64,000 nucleotides of DNA, from NCBI GenBank assembly GCA_951406725.2, contig OX597817.1, positions 113,088,001 through 113,152,000 of the forward strand. The letters are read 5' to 3'. A program made the translations under genes and the position numbers. Origin of the DNA: Octopus vulgaris. Its lineage: Eukaryota. The notes under the pieces were generated by a model. It was not told the origin of the DNA and made no database searches. It worked only from the letters and a program-made list of their open reading frames with translations. Below are positions 51,358 to 64,000 of this stretch, piece after piece (position 1 is the first letter of the stretch; each line of letters opens with the position of its first letter).

Positions 51358-51358
<1 letters not shown>

Positions 51359-51735
51359 TAGCAGTATCGCCCGGCGTTGCTCAGGTTTGTAAGGGAAATA
51401 ACTATAAAGCATTTTTAGAGAGTTATACCCAAAAAATAGCAAATAAATGGAAAAAAATGATGGTAAATTTTTTTTTGAGAGTTAAAAAAGGATGGAGTTG
51501 CATCCCCTAGACAGTTTGTGGTTCGTGTTTCTGATTCTCGACCCCATGTCGAATTTATCGATTTTTTTCAGAACTGGGGAAACTTTTCAAAATTTTGGCT
51601 GCGTTAGTTTTGAATTATGACATTGGGCTATGTGTGTGTCAAGTTTCATCAGAATCGGTTGAAAGCCGTGGTCAGGGTGAGGGTACAAGCAAACAGACAC
51701 ACAGAAATACGCACAGAGAGATATATATAGAGAGA
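51358..51735 (-). mobile_element. Non-autonomous Helitron-like element 3
   Basis: Minus-strand 3' end CCTGAGCAACGCCGGGCGATACTGCTAG|T. The 5' region has TCTGTGTGTCTGTTTG and CCGATTCTGATGAAACTTG. Confidence 0.8.
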
Positions 51736-51737
51736 TA

Positions 51738-52160
51738 TATATGCTTTTGGTGCAAATGGTTTTGTTATACGACGCCGTATTTTACAATCCTGTAAATAAT
51801 AATAATGGTATTTTTATATAAGCTTAAAGTTTATGGTGTTCACTGTGCAATGACTAAAGAATATCTAATATCGGGGCATATAAGCACTCGACAGAAAAAA
51901 GAAGGCTTTCCCATCTGCATGTGAAGGTAACACACTTAGTCATGTTAACAAAGGGATGTGGGTTCACAGCCCATACGGATGGCAAAGCCTTCTTTTTTCT
52001 GTCGAGGGCTTATATGCCCAGTTATCAGACTGTTTTCCTTAGTCATTGCACGGTGAACAGCAGAAGCATTAAGCTTATATAAAAATACCATTATTATTAT
52101 TATTTACAGGATTGTAAAATACGACACCGTATAATAAAGCCATTCGCACTGAAAGCATAT
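51738..52160. repeat. Fold-back element with ~185-bp diverged inverted arms and a ~50-bp spacer; each arm has a CUGUCGA hammerhead-like motif
   Basis: 51738-51921 versus 51972-52160, e.g. TATTTTACAATCCTGTAAATAATAATAATGGTATTTTT against its reverse complement at about 52081-52121. Confidence 0.9.
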
Positions 52161-53064
52161 ATATATATGTATATGCTTATTATAGCCTCAGGCCAACCAA
52201 AACTTTGTGAGTGGATTTCATACTCAGAAACTGAAAGAAGACTGTTGTATATATGTGTATATTTGTATGTGTGTGCCTGTGTCTTGTGTTTGTACCCCCA
52301 CCATTGCTTGACAACTGATGTCGCTGTGTTTACATTCCTGTAACTTAGCGGTTTGGTAAAAGATACGGACAGAATGAGTACTAGGATTGATTATGAGGAA
52401 TAAATCCTTTGGTTGAGTTTTTCGACCAATGGCAGTGCTCCAATATGGCTGCAGTCACATGACTGAAACAAGTAAAACAATAAAAATCTATGCCACTTTA
52501 ATCCCGAGCAAGGCTGGGTATCTCTGCTATATATACCCCCCCCACACACACACACACACTCACGCACACGCATTTGTATAACATACATACATACATACAT
52601 TCTCATAACCAGCCCAGCCCATTCAAAGTACCTTGGATCGTAAAACGACCTGCTGTGCTTACCTTGGATCATAGGGCAACCTGCTTAAGGAGACCTATTG
52701 AGTCAAGTATATCAACATCAAAATAAAAATCAAATAGAAATTGTAGTTGTGATACCTGTGCTGGTGGCACATAAAAAGCACCATCTGAATGTGGCTGATG
52801 CCAGCGCCACCTAGACAGCCTATTCTTCCCCCTCTGCCGGTGGCACGTATGTTTTGAAGTCTCTGTTAGATTTGCAGATCTTCTGGAATACATTGTATTG
52901 AAAGGTGTGCACAGACATATAGGCAGAATAGTTAGTGGAGGCTCGTTTTCCATGGGTTCACAAATGAGATTTGAGCCCAGCAAAAGAAAGGCATGCTCTG
53001 TTACAAACTGTACACATGCATATATATATATATAATCTCCTTATCTATTACAGCACATGTCCAA

Positions 53065-53460
53065 ATATATGGCTGTATGGTTAAGAAGTTGGTCTCTTCA
53101 ACCAAGAGGTCTTGGGTTTAGTTCTACTGAGTGGCATTTCAAGTGTCTTCAACTATAGCCTTGGGCCAACCCAAGCTTCGTGAGTGGATTTGGTAAATGG
53201 AAACTGAAAGAAGCCCATTGTATATATATGTGTGTGTGTGTGTGTTTGTGTGTGTGTCTGTGTGTCTGTGTTTGTCCCCCCACCATTGCTTGACAACCAA
53301 TGTTGGTGTGTTTACGTCCCCCATAACTTAGCAGTTTGGCAAAAGAGACCAATAGAATATGTACTAGGCTTACAAAGAATAATCTTGGGGTCAATTTCTT
53401 CAGCTAAAGGCGGTGCTCCAGCATGGGTGCAGTCAAATGACTGAAACCAATAAAAGAATT
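53065..53460 (+). mobile_element. tRNA-SINE copy
   Basis: Colinear with 62755-63157. Confidence 0.85.
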
Positions 53461-53732
53461 TAAAAAATATAAAAATTTGTTCAAAACTGGCAATTCTTTC
53501 TGGCAAAAATATGTCACCAGTGCCAGCATAAGACAGTGGGGCTAAAGTGACATTCCCAGTAATCATTGCTGGGGCATATTTTGACAGCATGCAAACCATC
53601 TTTTGCAGAGTATGCTTGGTGGGCATTAGCAAGTAATGCATATCCTTGCTGATGCACAAGAATAACATTGCAATTGTATAAAAGCTTTGATAATCATCAG
53701 CAAATTGTACTCTATTATTTTGTACAGAAGTA

Positions 53733-54072
53733 AGGGTAAAGACCCCCTTCGGTCATGAATGACCATGGGATTGCACCTAGAAAGTTACCCTCCTAGACAC
53801 AAGTCCGGGCAAGGTGGTTTATGGAAGGCCAGCAGTCGCCCATGCATACCGGCCTCCCCTCTCCACGCCACCAGTGTTATCCAAGGGAAAGACAAAGGTC
53901 GATACAGCTTGGCACCTGTGACGTCGCAACTCATTTCTACAGATGAGTGAACTGGAGCAACGTGAAATAAAGTGCCTTGCTCAAGAACACAACACGCAGC
54001 CCGGTCCGGGATTCGAGCTCACAACCTCACGATCGTAAGCTCGACGCTCTAACCACTGAGCCATGCGCCTTC
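53733..54072 (-). mobile_element. Young full-length tRNA-derived SINE (third family) with a 9-bp TSD
   Basis: Minus strand GAAGGCGCATGGCTCAGTGGTTAGAGCG...GAGCTCGAATCCC, flanked by ACAGAAGTA at 53724-53732 and 54073-54081. Confidence 0.92.
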
Positions 54073-54576
54073 ACAGAAGTATAAACTATGGAAAATCAAA
54101 CCCCAAATTTCTAGATGGTGCTAACAATTAGTAGGTCTTGATGAATTTGAAGGAAGCATTTGTTTTCCTAAGTCATACTGTAACTTTATGGCATAGTCTA
54201 ACTTGATGATAAAAAAAGGCTCTAATTGTTGAGTTTAAGGTATCATAGAAAGGCAATTTAAAGAGGGCATGTAAGAAGGAAAGCCTAAAATATGAAAGAT
54301 TTAAGGAATCATGTAATGGCAGTGTACAGTACTTCCTATAAAGGTGGCATGTTGTGGGTATGTGGGTAGATCCACATTGCTCTACCAGGTTGGCATTGGA
54401 CTTAGGGAGGACTGTAGAGTTGTGATTTATGAACAGCAAGAGAAGCAGAACATGCTTCATCATCCATTTGGTAGATTCTTGTGAAAGGAAGACCAAAGCA
54501 AGAGCAAAGGATAAGTCCTCAGTAGGTAGTAAAACAAGCTAATTGTTGCATAGTGTAAATTAGTAATATGAATATA

Positions 54577-54648
<72 letters not shown>

Positions 54649-56249
54649 CACACAATATCCATAGATACATTAAGTCTGAAAAAATATCACAGAATGATCA
54701 GAGCTGGAGTACCTTTGATCAAATACAAAAGTTGTGAGAATAGTGTTACTTTGTTTTATTAACCTTGAAGGAATAAATTGCAAAAGTCAGTGCTATGAGA
54801 TAACTCGTTATCTAGAGTAGTAAAACTATTTCATATTAGGTAGTTAAATAGTATGTATAATACTACCTTAGCCAATTATGCTGTGAAAAGAAACTGAGAT
54901 AGGAAACCCCAAAACTTTTAGTTATTACACTTTTCTACAGCCCACCTCATAAGTTAACTGTGTATCATACAAGCTCTTTGAAAGGCTACATGCATAATGG
55001 GAAGACTTATTCAAAGTATAGTGTATATGTGTGTGCATGCATGCATGTGTCATCATCATCATCATCATTTAATGTCCACTTTCTATGCTGGCATGGGTTG
55101 GATGATTTGACTGAAGACTGGTAAGTCAGGGTGCTACACCAGGTTCCAAACTGATTTCACAAGGTTTCTATGGCTGGATGCCCTTCTTAATGCCTTCCTA
55201 CACTCCAAGAGTGTAGTGGGTGTTTTTTACATGCTACCGGCATAGGTGCCATTGCCCTGACACCGGTATCAACCACAACTACGTTTGAAAGGTATATTGC
55301 CAAATTTTCATGCAAAGCCAGCAATCTTGGGTGAGTGAGGCTCAATTTCAGGTAGCCCAGTGATCAACTGGTTCTTATTTCATCAACCCTAAAAGGATGA
55401 AAGGCAAAGCCAACCTTGGCAGAATTTAAACTCAGAGCATAAAGATGGATGAAATGTCACTAAGCATTTTGCCCAGCATACTAATGACTCTGCCAGCTGC
55501 ATTATATGTATGTATTAATAACGTTAAATTATTTGGCAGACTGTTTTCTCAATAGAGAATTGGGAATAAAATCATGAAATTATTATTGTTATTAGCAGAA
55601 TTGTTAGCAAATTGGAGAAAATGCATAGCAGCATTTCTTCTGGTTGTTTATGTTCTGAATTCAAATAATGCCAAGGTTAACTTTGCCTTTCATCTTTTTA
55701 GAGTTAATAAAGTACCAGTCAAGTACTGAGGTTGATGTCATCAATGTACCTCACACCCCTCAAAATAGCTGGCCTTGCCCCAAGAATTATTATTATATGA
55801 TTTGTGTGGTAAAGAAATTTTCATCACATCTATTTGGTATTGGGTTGAATCTCTCACTGTGATACCTTTGGTTTGTGTCTTCTCTCATAATCTTAAGCTG
55901 ATTAAAGAAAGCTTGTAAGTGAAATTTGGGAGGAGAAACTATTCAGGGGCCAATTTTACACACACACATACACATACACTGTTCAGTACTTTGGGGATGT
56001 ATCTTTTGCTGTAACTCTGGACCAACCAAAGCTTTGTGTGTGTTTTATATCTGCAGTTACTTGTACAAGAGTGTGGAGGGCAGTGTTGTCAGTATCCCTT
56101 TCAAAAATATCATTCAGGTTCTTCATGCTTTCAAAGTCATGTGTAATAAGTTATTCCTTATTTGAAAAACAAGTAAGGGTTAACATCAAGAAGGGCATCT
56201 ATGTCATTGTTGAACAAAATGCTCACAGACTGTTGAGGAGCAACCTGCA

Positions 56250-56640
56250 AAAGGTGAAAATCTGAAGGTGTTATATCAGAAGTATATGAAATGTACAGTT
56301 GAAATTCCCAAATGAGCTCTTAAATAGCATTTTTTTTCTATTAGCTAAATGGGGGGCATGGATTGTCATGCTGAAGAAACATGCCATGTCTCCAGCACAT
56401 TTGCTGAACTTTGACCTTGTGGTTGTTTTCAAGCATTTTATAGTTCAAAAGCAGATCATTGTCTTACATAGATGCAACTCTGGCTTAGCTTGAGGTGTTG
56501 CTTGCTTGTTAGACTTGGCCATTCTTTCTTCTGCTTCATATTTATGTAAAGACACTGTTTTTCTTCACCAGTGATAATGTGGTAAAGGAATCTCTGTTTG
56601 TACCTGGTGGCAATAGAGAAGTGCTGGAGTTCGTTTCTTT
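56250..56640 (-). pseudogene. Decayed mariner-type transposase remnant
   Basis: Minus-strand peptides IITGEEK, FLQHDNP and WEFQLYISYTSDITPSDFHLF echo the mariner motifs IVTGDEKW, LHDNA and WEVLPHPPYSPDLAPSDFHLF. Confidence 0.65.
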
Positions 56641-57080
56641 ATTCAGATCATCCACCACCCATGCACCACTTGCAAAACAAAACTCCTTGACTTAGGAGTA
56701 AATAATATTGAAGAAAATGGCTTTATGTCCATATATTGAAAGGTTAAAGAATGTGTCTAGGTATATATATTTATACACTCAAACATATATAAATATATAG
56801 GTTAAACTATGTGTGTTTAGGTATATATATTTATACATGCACACACATAAATATAGATGCACACATATAAAGACACACACACATATACTTCAGCAATGTA
56901 ACTACACACATTCTATGGGTGATAGTTTTACCCTTCTTTGAACTTTTCCCTTTTTCCTTTCTGATGAAGAGTTATACTTGAAGCATTAAAACTCTCTTTT
57001 TTTACTGAGCATCAAACTAATACATTCCTTGTGCATGTCCTCTTGTTGTTTGTTAATTTTAATGTTCATTTATTTGATTT

Positions 57081-57130
<50 letters not shown>

Positions 57131-58195
57131 TGTTGCTTTTCCTCAAGGCACTCTTACCCTTTTAGTGTTTCTTCAGCTTACCAACTGCTATTGACATACA
57201 TGCTGTAACATGCTACACAACTAGTGCATCTAGAAAAATTGAAAATATGCCACACTTAACACAATATATACCACAAAACACATCATGTGAACAACAAAAC
57301 CTGCAAGAACAGTAAAATCCAAAAAAGAGAATAATTAGGAATGTCATGAATAGAGAACCGAAGCCTTTCAACTAGAGCCTTTCTTTTAATGTTTCAGTTA
57401 AGCAATTCTGCTATATTTTAGGCAAGGTCCTACTACTAATATTCAAGCAAAATCCTTCTGCTACTATTTTTAGTAAAAAAACTATGTTTCAGGTAAGAAC
57501 CATTCCCTTGTATTTTGGACAAAGCCTTTCTAATGTTTTTGACTTGTTACAGAACTGGTTTTGGTTTATGTAGAGTGATACTAGTTCCCTTGGATCCTAA
57601 TGTTTTGCCTTGTTTGCATGTACAAATAAGAATGACAATCCATTTATACACACACATAGAGTTATATATTTACATATGTACACACACATTACAAGATGCA
57701 TGCTCATAGAAGTCAGAGTATCTTGTAAGTTTTTGACACAAGGTCTAAGTAAGTGCAAAACCATAAGAGTCTAAAAGTAATTTCAAGATTTTACATTTAA
57801 CCCAAGTTTCATGGTATTAACCAGGTGAGAGATAAACCTCTCACTACCGTTTTCCAAGGTAGAGTACTAATTTCTTAGGTAACATTCTCATTCAATCTGG
57901 TATAAGCTAATGAAGAATAAAATTTTCTGCTCTAAAAGAAACAAAGTATATGTAACTAATTTGAACTCAAAAACTTATTTGCCTGTTGTCCTATACGATA
58001 TTCATCCATTCATCTCAGTACTATGATGTGAGTGATGTACAGGCGTGGGTGTGGGTGTGTGTGTGTGCATGTGTGTGTGTGTGCAAGCAGGTAGCAAATG
58101 TTTATATGAACAAGCTAGACTAATAACTTAGTCATGCAGTCATCCAGTATAGTAAGCACAATTAAGCAACTTAGCATATTTCCCAATGATTAAGA

Positions 58196-58233
<38 letters not shown>

Positions 58234-58458
58234 TGACAGGTAGTAAATAAATAATTCATAAAATTATGAATAAAAAAATACGATGAAACCAAATGTATTT
58301 TCTAAAGCCTTTGGGAGTGTAGATGATACGATGTTTGTTTCATTGAACTGATATTTGCTGCCAAAAATTTAAGGTTTAGGAAAACAGAAAAACATTATTC
58401 ACACACTCACTATGTGAGTCAGTATATTGAGAAACTGAATTCTCTCTCTCTCTCTTAC

Positions 58459-58495
<37 letters not shown>

Positions 58496-59155
58496 ACACA
58501 TAACTATCACCATTTTACATCTGCTTTACCTACTGGCATGGGTTTAGACGGTGCTACGATACCTTGATTTTGACATGGTTTCTGCACCTGAATGTCCTTC
58601 CTAACACCAACCAATTTACAGTTGGGTGCATTTTATTATAGCCCCAGCACTGTAGAAAGTGTCTTGCTCACACCAAGAATAAAGAGATCTTTTGAAAACA
58701 GGTTGCCATCAAGTATTGGTGTATGCAAATAGCATCAATTTTAAGGAATGGTATATAATTTTTTTTGAACTTGTGTAATGTAATCTAGCATAAAATGACC
58801 ATAACCAGATTTTCATGTTTCCAGAAAACTAGTGTCAAGTGAATCAATTCACTTGAATATATTCAAGTTATTCCCACCATTTCACTGACTATCCAACTGT
58901 AGATGTAAATGTCAGTATTTTTTCAATACTTTTTAATCAAGTAGTAAATGAATGTTACTATGCTGTTTTTATTATCGATTACATTAACTTCTGATTGACT
59001 CAAGCAATTTTTTTCTAATTTTGCATGGCCTTAATTGTTCTCCTTGAGTAATTCAAAGCATGTAAAAGTCATTATCTGGACAAATGAATTTGCCTAAGCT
59101 TGGATACTTAAGAGAATATTTAAGATGCTTAAGTTAGAAGCAACTGTTGGTTGTT

Positions 59156-59222
<67 letters not shown>

Positions 59223-59598
59223 GTATGTTTGTATATATATATATATTGAAAGTAATTATTTAAATATTGGGTACGTTCCTAGTATTTAGCTGATGAAGCA
59301 CATTCACTGCTTATGGCTACTTGATGTCATCCACGGTATTTACTCAATTGTCACTGGATCTGCCTCTGGAATTTCTCAGTGTTCACTGAGTATGTAACAA
59401 ATGATAGAGATGGAAAATGTTGGTGCATTTACATCCCCATAGCAGTTCAGCAAAAGAGACTGATAGAATAAGTACTAAGCTTAGAAAAAATGAATCCTGG
59501 GGTTGATTTTTTTGACTAAACACAGTGCTCCAGGATGGCTGCAGTCAAATGACTGAAGCAAGTAAAAGAATAAAAGAATAGAATATATATAATATATA

Positions 59599-61657
59599 CA
59601 GAGCAACCTCTGTTTTTGAACAGAAAATTCGAGATGAAAATGCCTCGGTTATCGAATAAAATTTTGGTTCCCAAACAACATTGCCAAACCAAGCCAAACT
59701 AAGTTAACCCGAACGGAATCATTTCTGAGTTGACTGCCATGTTGTATACATTCGTGTGTTGTGCTGTACTTTTCTTTTCCACTTTTATTGTACTGTGCTT
59801 TTTTTTCTCTTCATTAGCCCTTAGTCATGGCCCCAAAGAAAGCTAGCAGTGATACTGGTAAAGGAAAAAGAAAAGTTGAGAGAAAAACAATTGATGTAAA
59901 GAAAGAAATCATCACAAAACATGAAAATGGCATTCGTGTGTCAGATCATGCTGTGCAGTACAGTATGCCTAAATCGACAATATATACTATTCTAAAAAAT
60001 AAGGAAGTAATAAAAGCAGCTGATGTTGCAAAAGGAGTGACTGTTATTAATAAGCAAAGACCAAAGATACTCGAAGAAGTGGAAAAGATGTTGCTTATTT
60101 TTATAAAGAGGCTGCAAGTTCAAACAAGAAAGTGGGTGAGAAATTTGCGACTGAATTTAGTGACTTGATAAAGGAAGGGGGTTATTTCCCCCAACAGGTT
60201 TTCAATGAGGATGAAACAGGATTATTTTGGAAACGAATGCCAAATAGGACCTCTATTACCAAGGAGAAAAGAGTGTTGCCAGGGCACAAGCCAATGAAAA
60301 ATAAACTCACTCTTTTGCTATGCGGCAACACAAGTGGTGATTTCAAGGTCAAGCCATTGCTTGTTTACCATTCCGATAATCTAAGGGTTTTCAAAAGAAA
60401 CAATGTTATGAAGAATAAATTGCCTGTTATGTGGTGGGCTAATACAAAGGCTTGGGTAACCAGACAATTTTTTATTGAATGGATTCATGAAATTTTTGCC
60501 CAGAGTGTTAAAAAATATCTGCAAAAAAGAGCTTGCCACTAAAATGCCTTCTCGTGTTAGACAATGCTCCTGCTCACCCTCCAGGAGTATGACTTAGTTG
60601 AAGAGTTTGATTTTATTCAGGTCAAATACCTGCCACCTAACACAACTCCTCTAATAATACCAATGGGCCAACAGGTCATTGTAAACTTTAAAGAACTTTA
60701 CACAAAAGCTCTGTTTCGAAAGTACTTTCACGTCACTAATGACACTCAGTTAATTCCCAGAGAATTTTGGAAAAATCATTTTAATATCCTGAATTGTGTT
60801 AATCTTATTGATAATGCATGGAACCAAGTGAGTTACAGAACCATGAATTTAGCAAGGAGGAAAATTTGGCCAAACTGTACCAGAATGAGACTTTGAGGGG
60901 TTTGAGACAGTTACAAGTACTGCTGCTGTTGAAGAAATTGCTATTGTTAATGATATTGTCTCTATGGGAAAAACTATGGGCTTGGATGTCAACAATGAAG
61001 ATATTGAAGAGCTAATGGAAGACCACCGTTCTGAGCTTACCACCAGAGAGCTTGTACACCTTCAAAATGAACAGCAAAAGACTTTGGCTGAGGAAATGAC
61101 TTCTGAAGGGGAGGAAAGAAAGGAGGATGCCCCAAGTTCTTTAATCAAAGAAATTTGTGTTAAATGGCATGATGTGCAAAGTTTTGTGGAAAAATATCAC
61201 CCTGATACCATGGTAACAAATAGAGCAGTAAACCTTTTCAATGACAATGCTACATTTCATTTTAGAAAAATTTTACAGCACAAGCAAAAACAACTAACAT
61301 TGGACAGGTTTTTACTGAAACAAAAAAGAAAAGAAACCCCAGAGAAAGATTTACCTCAGCCAAAGAGACAAAGAAGGGAAGAAGCCCCCAAAAGACAGTT
61401 ACCAGAAGTTTTTATAGAAGGGGACTTCCCCTTTCCAAGAAATAAAAACACTTTAGTGTGTTATTTACAGTTTGAATAAACGTTTTCATACTAAACTATA
61501 TAGTGTAAGCATTTAAATAAGCATTCATCGGGTGCTTGGAAATTAATTAACCTTTTTTACATTAATTGTAATGGGAAAAAACGATTCAGTCCTCAAACAA
61601 TTCGGTTTTAGAACAGACTTCCAGAACAAATAATGGTCGAGAACCAAGGTTGATCTG
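59599..61657 (+). mobile_element. Tigger/pogo-family DNA transposon with TIRs and TA TSD
   Basis: TA|CAGAGCAACCTCTGTTTTTGAAC ... GGTCGAGAACCAAGGTTGATCTG|TA. Confidence 0.92.
59827..61445 (+). pseudogene. Tigger-like transposase, frameshifted
   Basis: N-terminal HTH (KKEIITKHENG..MPKSTIYTILKNKE), QVFNEDETGLFWKRMP, KAWVT, LDNAPAHP and PPNTTPLIIPMGQQVI, where the catalytic D is changed to G. Split over four ORFs. Confidence 0.92.
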
Positions 61658-61806
61658 TATATTATTTTACTTGTTTCAGTCATTTTAACTGTAGCCATGC
61701 TGGAGTGCTACCTTAAAATATATATACATAATATATATAATATCTATATATAATACATATATATAATACATAACATATATATATAATATAGGGTGATAAC
61801 TATATC

Positions 61807-61846
61807 AGTCTGACTAGTTTCATGTTGTATTAACTCGTCAGGGAAC
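61807..61846 (-). ncRNA. Minimal hammerhead motif with intact core and weak stem I
   Basis: Minus strand guucc-CUGACGA-guu aauac aac au-GAAA-CUAG-UC-agac, with a palindromic ACUAGU stem III. Adjacent to a TA-rich tract. Confidence 0.55.
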
Positions 61847-62754
61847 ATTTGGCCATTTTCTCTCTATTCACTGAGAGAATAGTATCTTGCAGCTATTTAA
61901 AATAAGTAAACTGGTGTGTCTGATTTGCATAATAGGGTAGACACAGACTATAGGAATTAATCAAACTTTGTTTACTTTTCAGAGCATGGCTCAATTGTAT
62001 CCTTGCTGAAAATACTTACCTTACTTTTAAAAGAATCCTAATAATTAATTTAAGTTGCTAGTGCCAGAACTAAATAAGTTTGTTTTAAATGCATGTGTGT
62101 GTGTATGTGTTAAACAAACCAATTTAATTTTGTCAGAATTTGTAATATATTATAGAGCTACTATACTTCCATGAATAAAAAATTAATAATAATTCTGTAA
62201 GATATAGCAAAATCTGAAACTGCAAAGATGAATCTTGCTTTCTGTCTATAAGAACATAAATCTATATCATAACCCTTTTGTATGTGTGTGTGTGTGTGTA
62301 CAAATATCCATTTATTTGGCTTTTACCATGTTGACATGGGTTGTATAAAACTTTTAGTAGAGTTCAGATTTTCTAGTCAGATGTTCTTCCAATCATCAAC
62401 CCTTACCTGATTTCCAAATAAGGCATATATCTCACCCACCCATCCTCATTCCACTAGACCTCAAATATCAAAAGCTAAAGGTATGGGACTTTTTGCTTAG
62501 TAGAAGCTGGTAAACAAGGACACTGTTTTTGCTCAGATTGTGTTGATTGGAACCTGTGGAATGGCTACCCAATGCAATAATCAATGAGCATTTTATCAGC
62601 TTGTGGTGAAAAAACAAAAAATATACACATATCTTTTCAATCAGTTTGAACATATTGCCTTGTAGTATGTATGCTATTATAGCATAGATGGTGAAAAAAC
62701 AATAAAACATTGCTGTAATTTTTCTGTGACAAGTTGATAAATTTTCTGTACATA

Positions 62755-63157
62755 GGCGCAGGAGTGGCTGTGTGGTAAGTAGCTTGCTTAACAACCACAT
62801 GGTTCCGGGTTCAGTCCCACTGCGTGGTATCTTGGGCAAGTGTCTTCTACTATAGCCTCGGGCCAACCAAAGCCTTGTGAGTGGATTTGGTAGACGGAAA
62901 CTGAAAGAAGCCCGTCGTATATATGTATGTATATGTGTGTGTGTATGTTTGTGTGTCTGTGTTTGTCCCCCTAGCATTGCTTGACAACCGATGCTGGTGT
63001 GTTTACGTCCCTGTCACTTAGCAGTTCGGCAAAAGAGACCAATAGAATAAGTACTGGGCTTACAAAGAATAAGTCCTGGGGTTGATTTGCTCGACTAAAG
63101 GCGGTGCTCCAACATGGCCACAGTCAAATGACTGAAACAAGTAAAAGAGTAAAAGAG
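62755..63157 (+). mobile_element. Young full-length tRNA-derived SINE (reference copy of the most abundant family)
   Basis: GGCGCAGGAGTGGCTGTGTGGTAAG (A box), GGTTCAGTCCC (B box), core, internal (TA)/(TG)n, 3' stem-loop CAGTCA-AA-TGACTG and a (TAAAAGAG) tail. At least ten other copies or fragments occur in the window. Confidence 0.92.
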
Positions 63158-63809
63158 TAATTGTTATACTCTCTTAAGATTTTAAAACACACCCATTTGA
63201 ATTGAGAAATAATCTCTGTAGAAAATAAACACCATGGATACATTTCACAGAATATTTAAGAGTAATTCTGTCACCAATTGTTCATTCATGAATCCCTGAA
63301 TAATTAACAATATATATCCTTATATATGTTTCTGCATGTGCGTGCGTGCATGTGTGTGTGTGTGTATGTGTGCATGCGTGAAACATTTTATTTTGTTGCT
63401 TTAATTGGCTGCAATGGAATTTGTTCATTAGAATGAATTTGTTAGATGAAAATTTTGTTGTAACAAAAACAGAATTGTCTAATTTCCATGGTTGTCATAC
63501 TCATCAGTAGCAGAAGCAAAAGCTGCCTCATTAATACCCTTAACAATCTTATAGCTTTAAGCTGAATTAAAATCGTTTTTTAAGAGAATTTTATAAAATG
63601 TGAACCTGTAATATCTGTAAGAATTAAATTCAGTTAAATTGCCACTCATTCACAATTCCCCATGAATTGCTCCTGTTTAAACATTATTTACAACTGAAAT
63701 AGATGTTGATGTAATTCAAAGACAGGTAGCTAATTACTATAAGTTGAGTCTGTGGTGAAAAGCTGAGGCATTAAAGTTATTGTTGCTTTCTTTAGTTTGT
63801 TTTCATTCT

Positions 63810-64000
63810 TTTATTCTCTTACTTGTTTCAGTCATTTGAATGTGGCCATGCTGGAGCACTGCCTTGAAGAGTTTTAGTCAAACAAATCAACCCCAAGACG
63901 TTTTTTTTCTTCTAAGCCTTGTACTTATTCTATCAGTCTCTTTTGCCAAACCACTAAATTACAGGGACATAAACACCCCAACGCCAGTTGTCAAATGGTG
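63810..64000 (-). mobile_element. tRNA-SINE 3' half (runs off the window)
   Basis: TTGTTTCAGTCATTTGAATGTGGCCATGCTGGAGCACTGCC matches the family tail. Confidence 0.85.

Noticed and set aside
53990-54072. Possible tRNA gene (also 19930-20005, 40375-40447, 62755-62825)
   Set aside because: A and B boxes are present but continue into SINE bodies, one with a TSD. I could not fold a convincing acceptor stem, so these are SINE heads.
59285-59320. CTGATGA followed by a hairpin AAGCA/TGCTT (similar partial hits at 36837, 43087, 44843 and 63502)
   Set aside because: These lack the GAAA box, the UH site or the required pairing, and are expected by chance.
62468-62977. 169-aa ORF
   Set aside because: The N-terminal half is the antisense translation of the SINE at 62755-63157 and the rest is AT-rich flank.

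Overview
AT-rich, microsatellite-dense eukaryotic non-coding DNA. The SINE and LINE families look like those of a coleoid cephalopod, most likely Octopus; this is inferred from recognisable repeats and was not checked by a search. I find no intact host protein-coding gene, and most ORF-track entries are translations of (TA)n/(CA)n/(GATA)n tracts or of SINEs. The window is a dense collection of decayed mobile elements: several tRNA-derived SINE families, fragments of five LINE groups (CR1/L2-like, RTE, RTE-BovB, L1/Tx1, R4/Dong-like), Penelope-like element (PLE) RT and GIY-YIG remnants, a DD37D maT element, a mariner remnant, a Tigger/pogo element, five short Helitron-like elements and one solo LTR with a 4-bp TSD. 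The most interesting signal is about a dozen minimal hammerhead-ribozyme motifs. Several lie in short ORF-less elements inserted at (TA)n tracts with a partial-tandem plus fold-back architecture (11831-12993, 48711-49371) or a simple fold-back (51738-52160), resembling non-autonomous PLE or retrozyme-like elements. Some carry a recurrent variant core, CUGU(U/C)GA. All alignments and RNA folds were done by eye, and coordinates of degraded elements are approximate.
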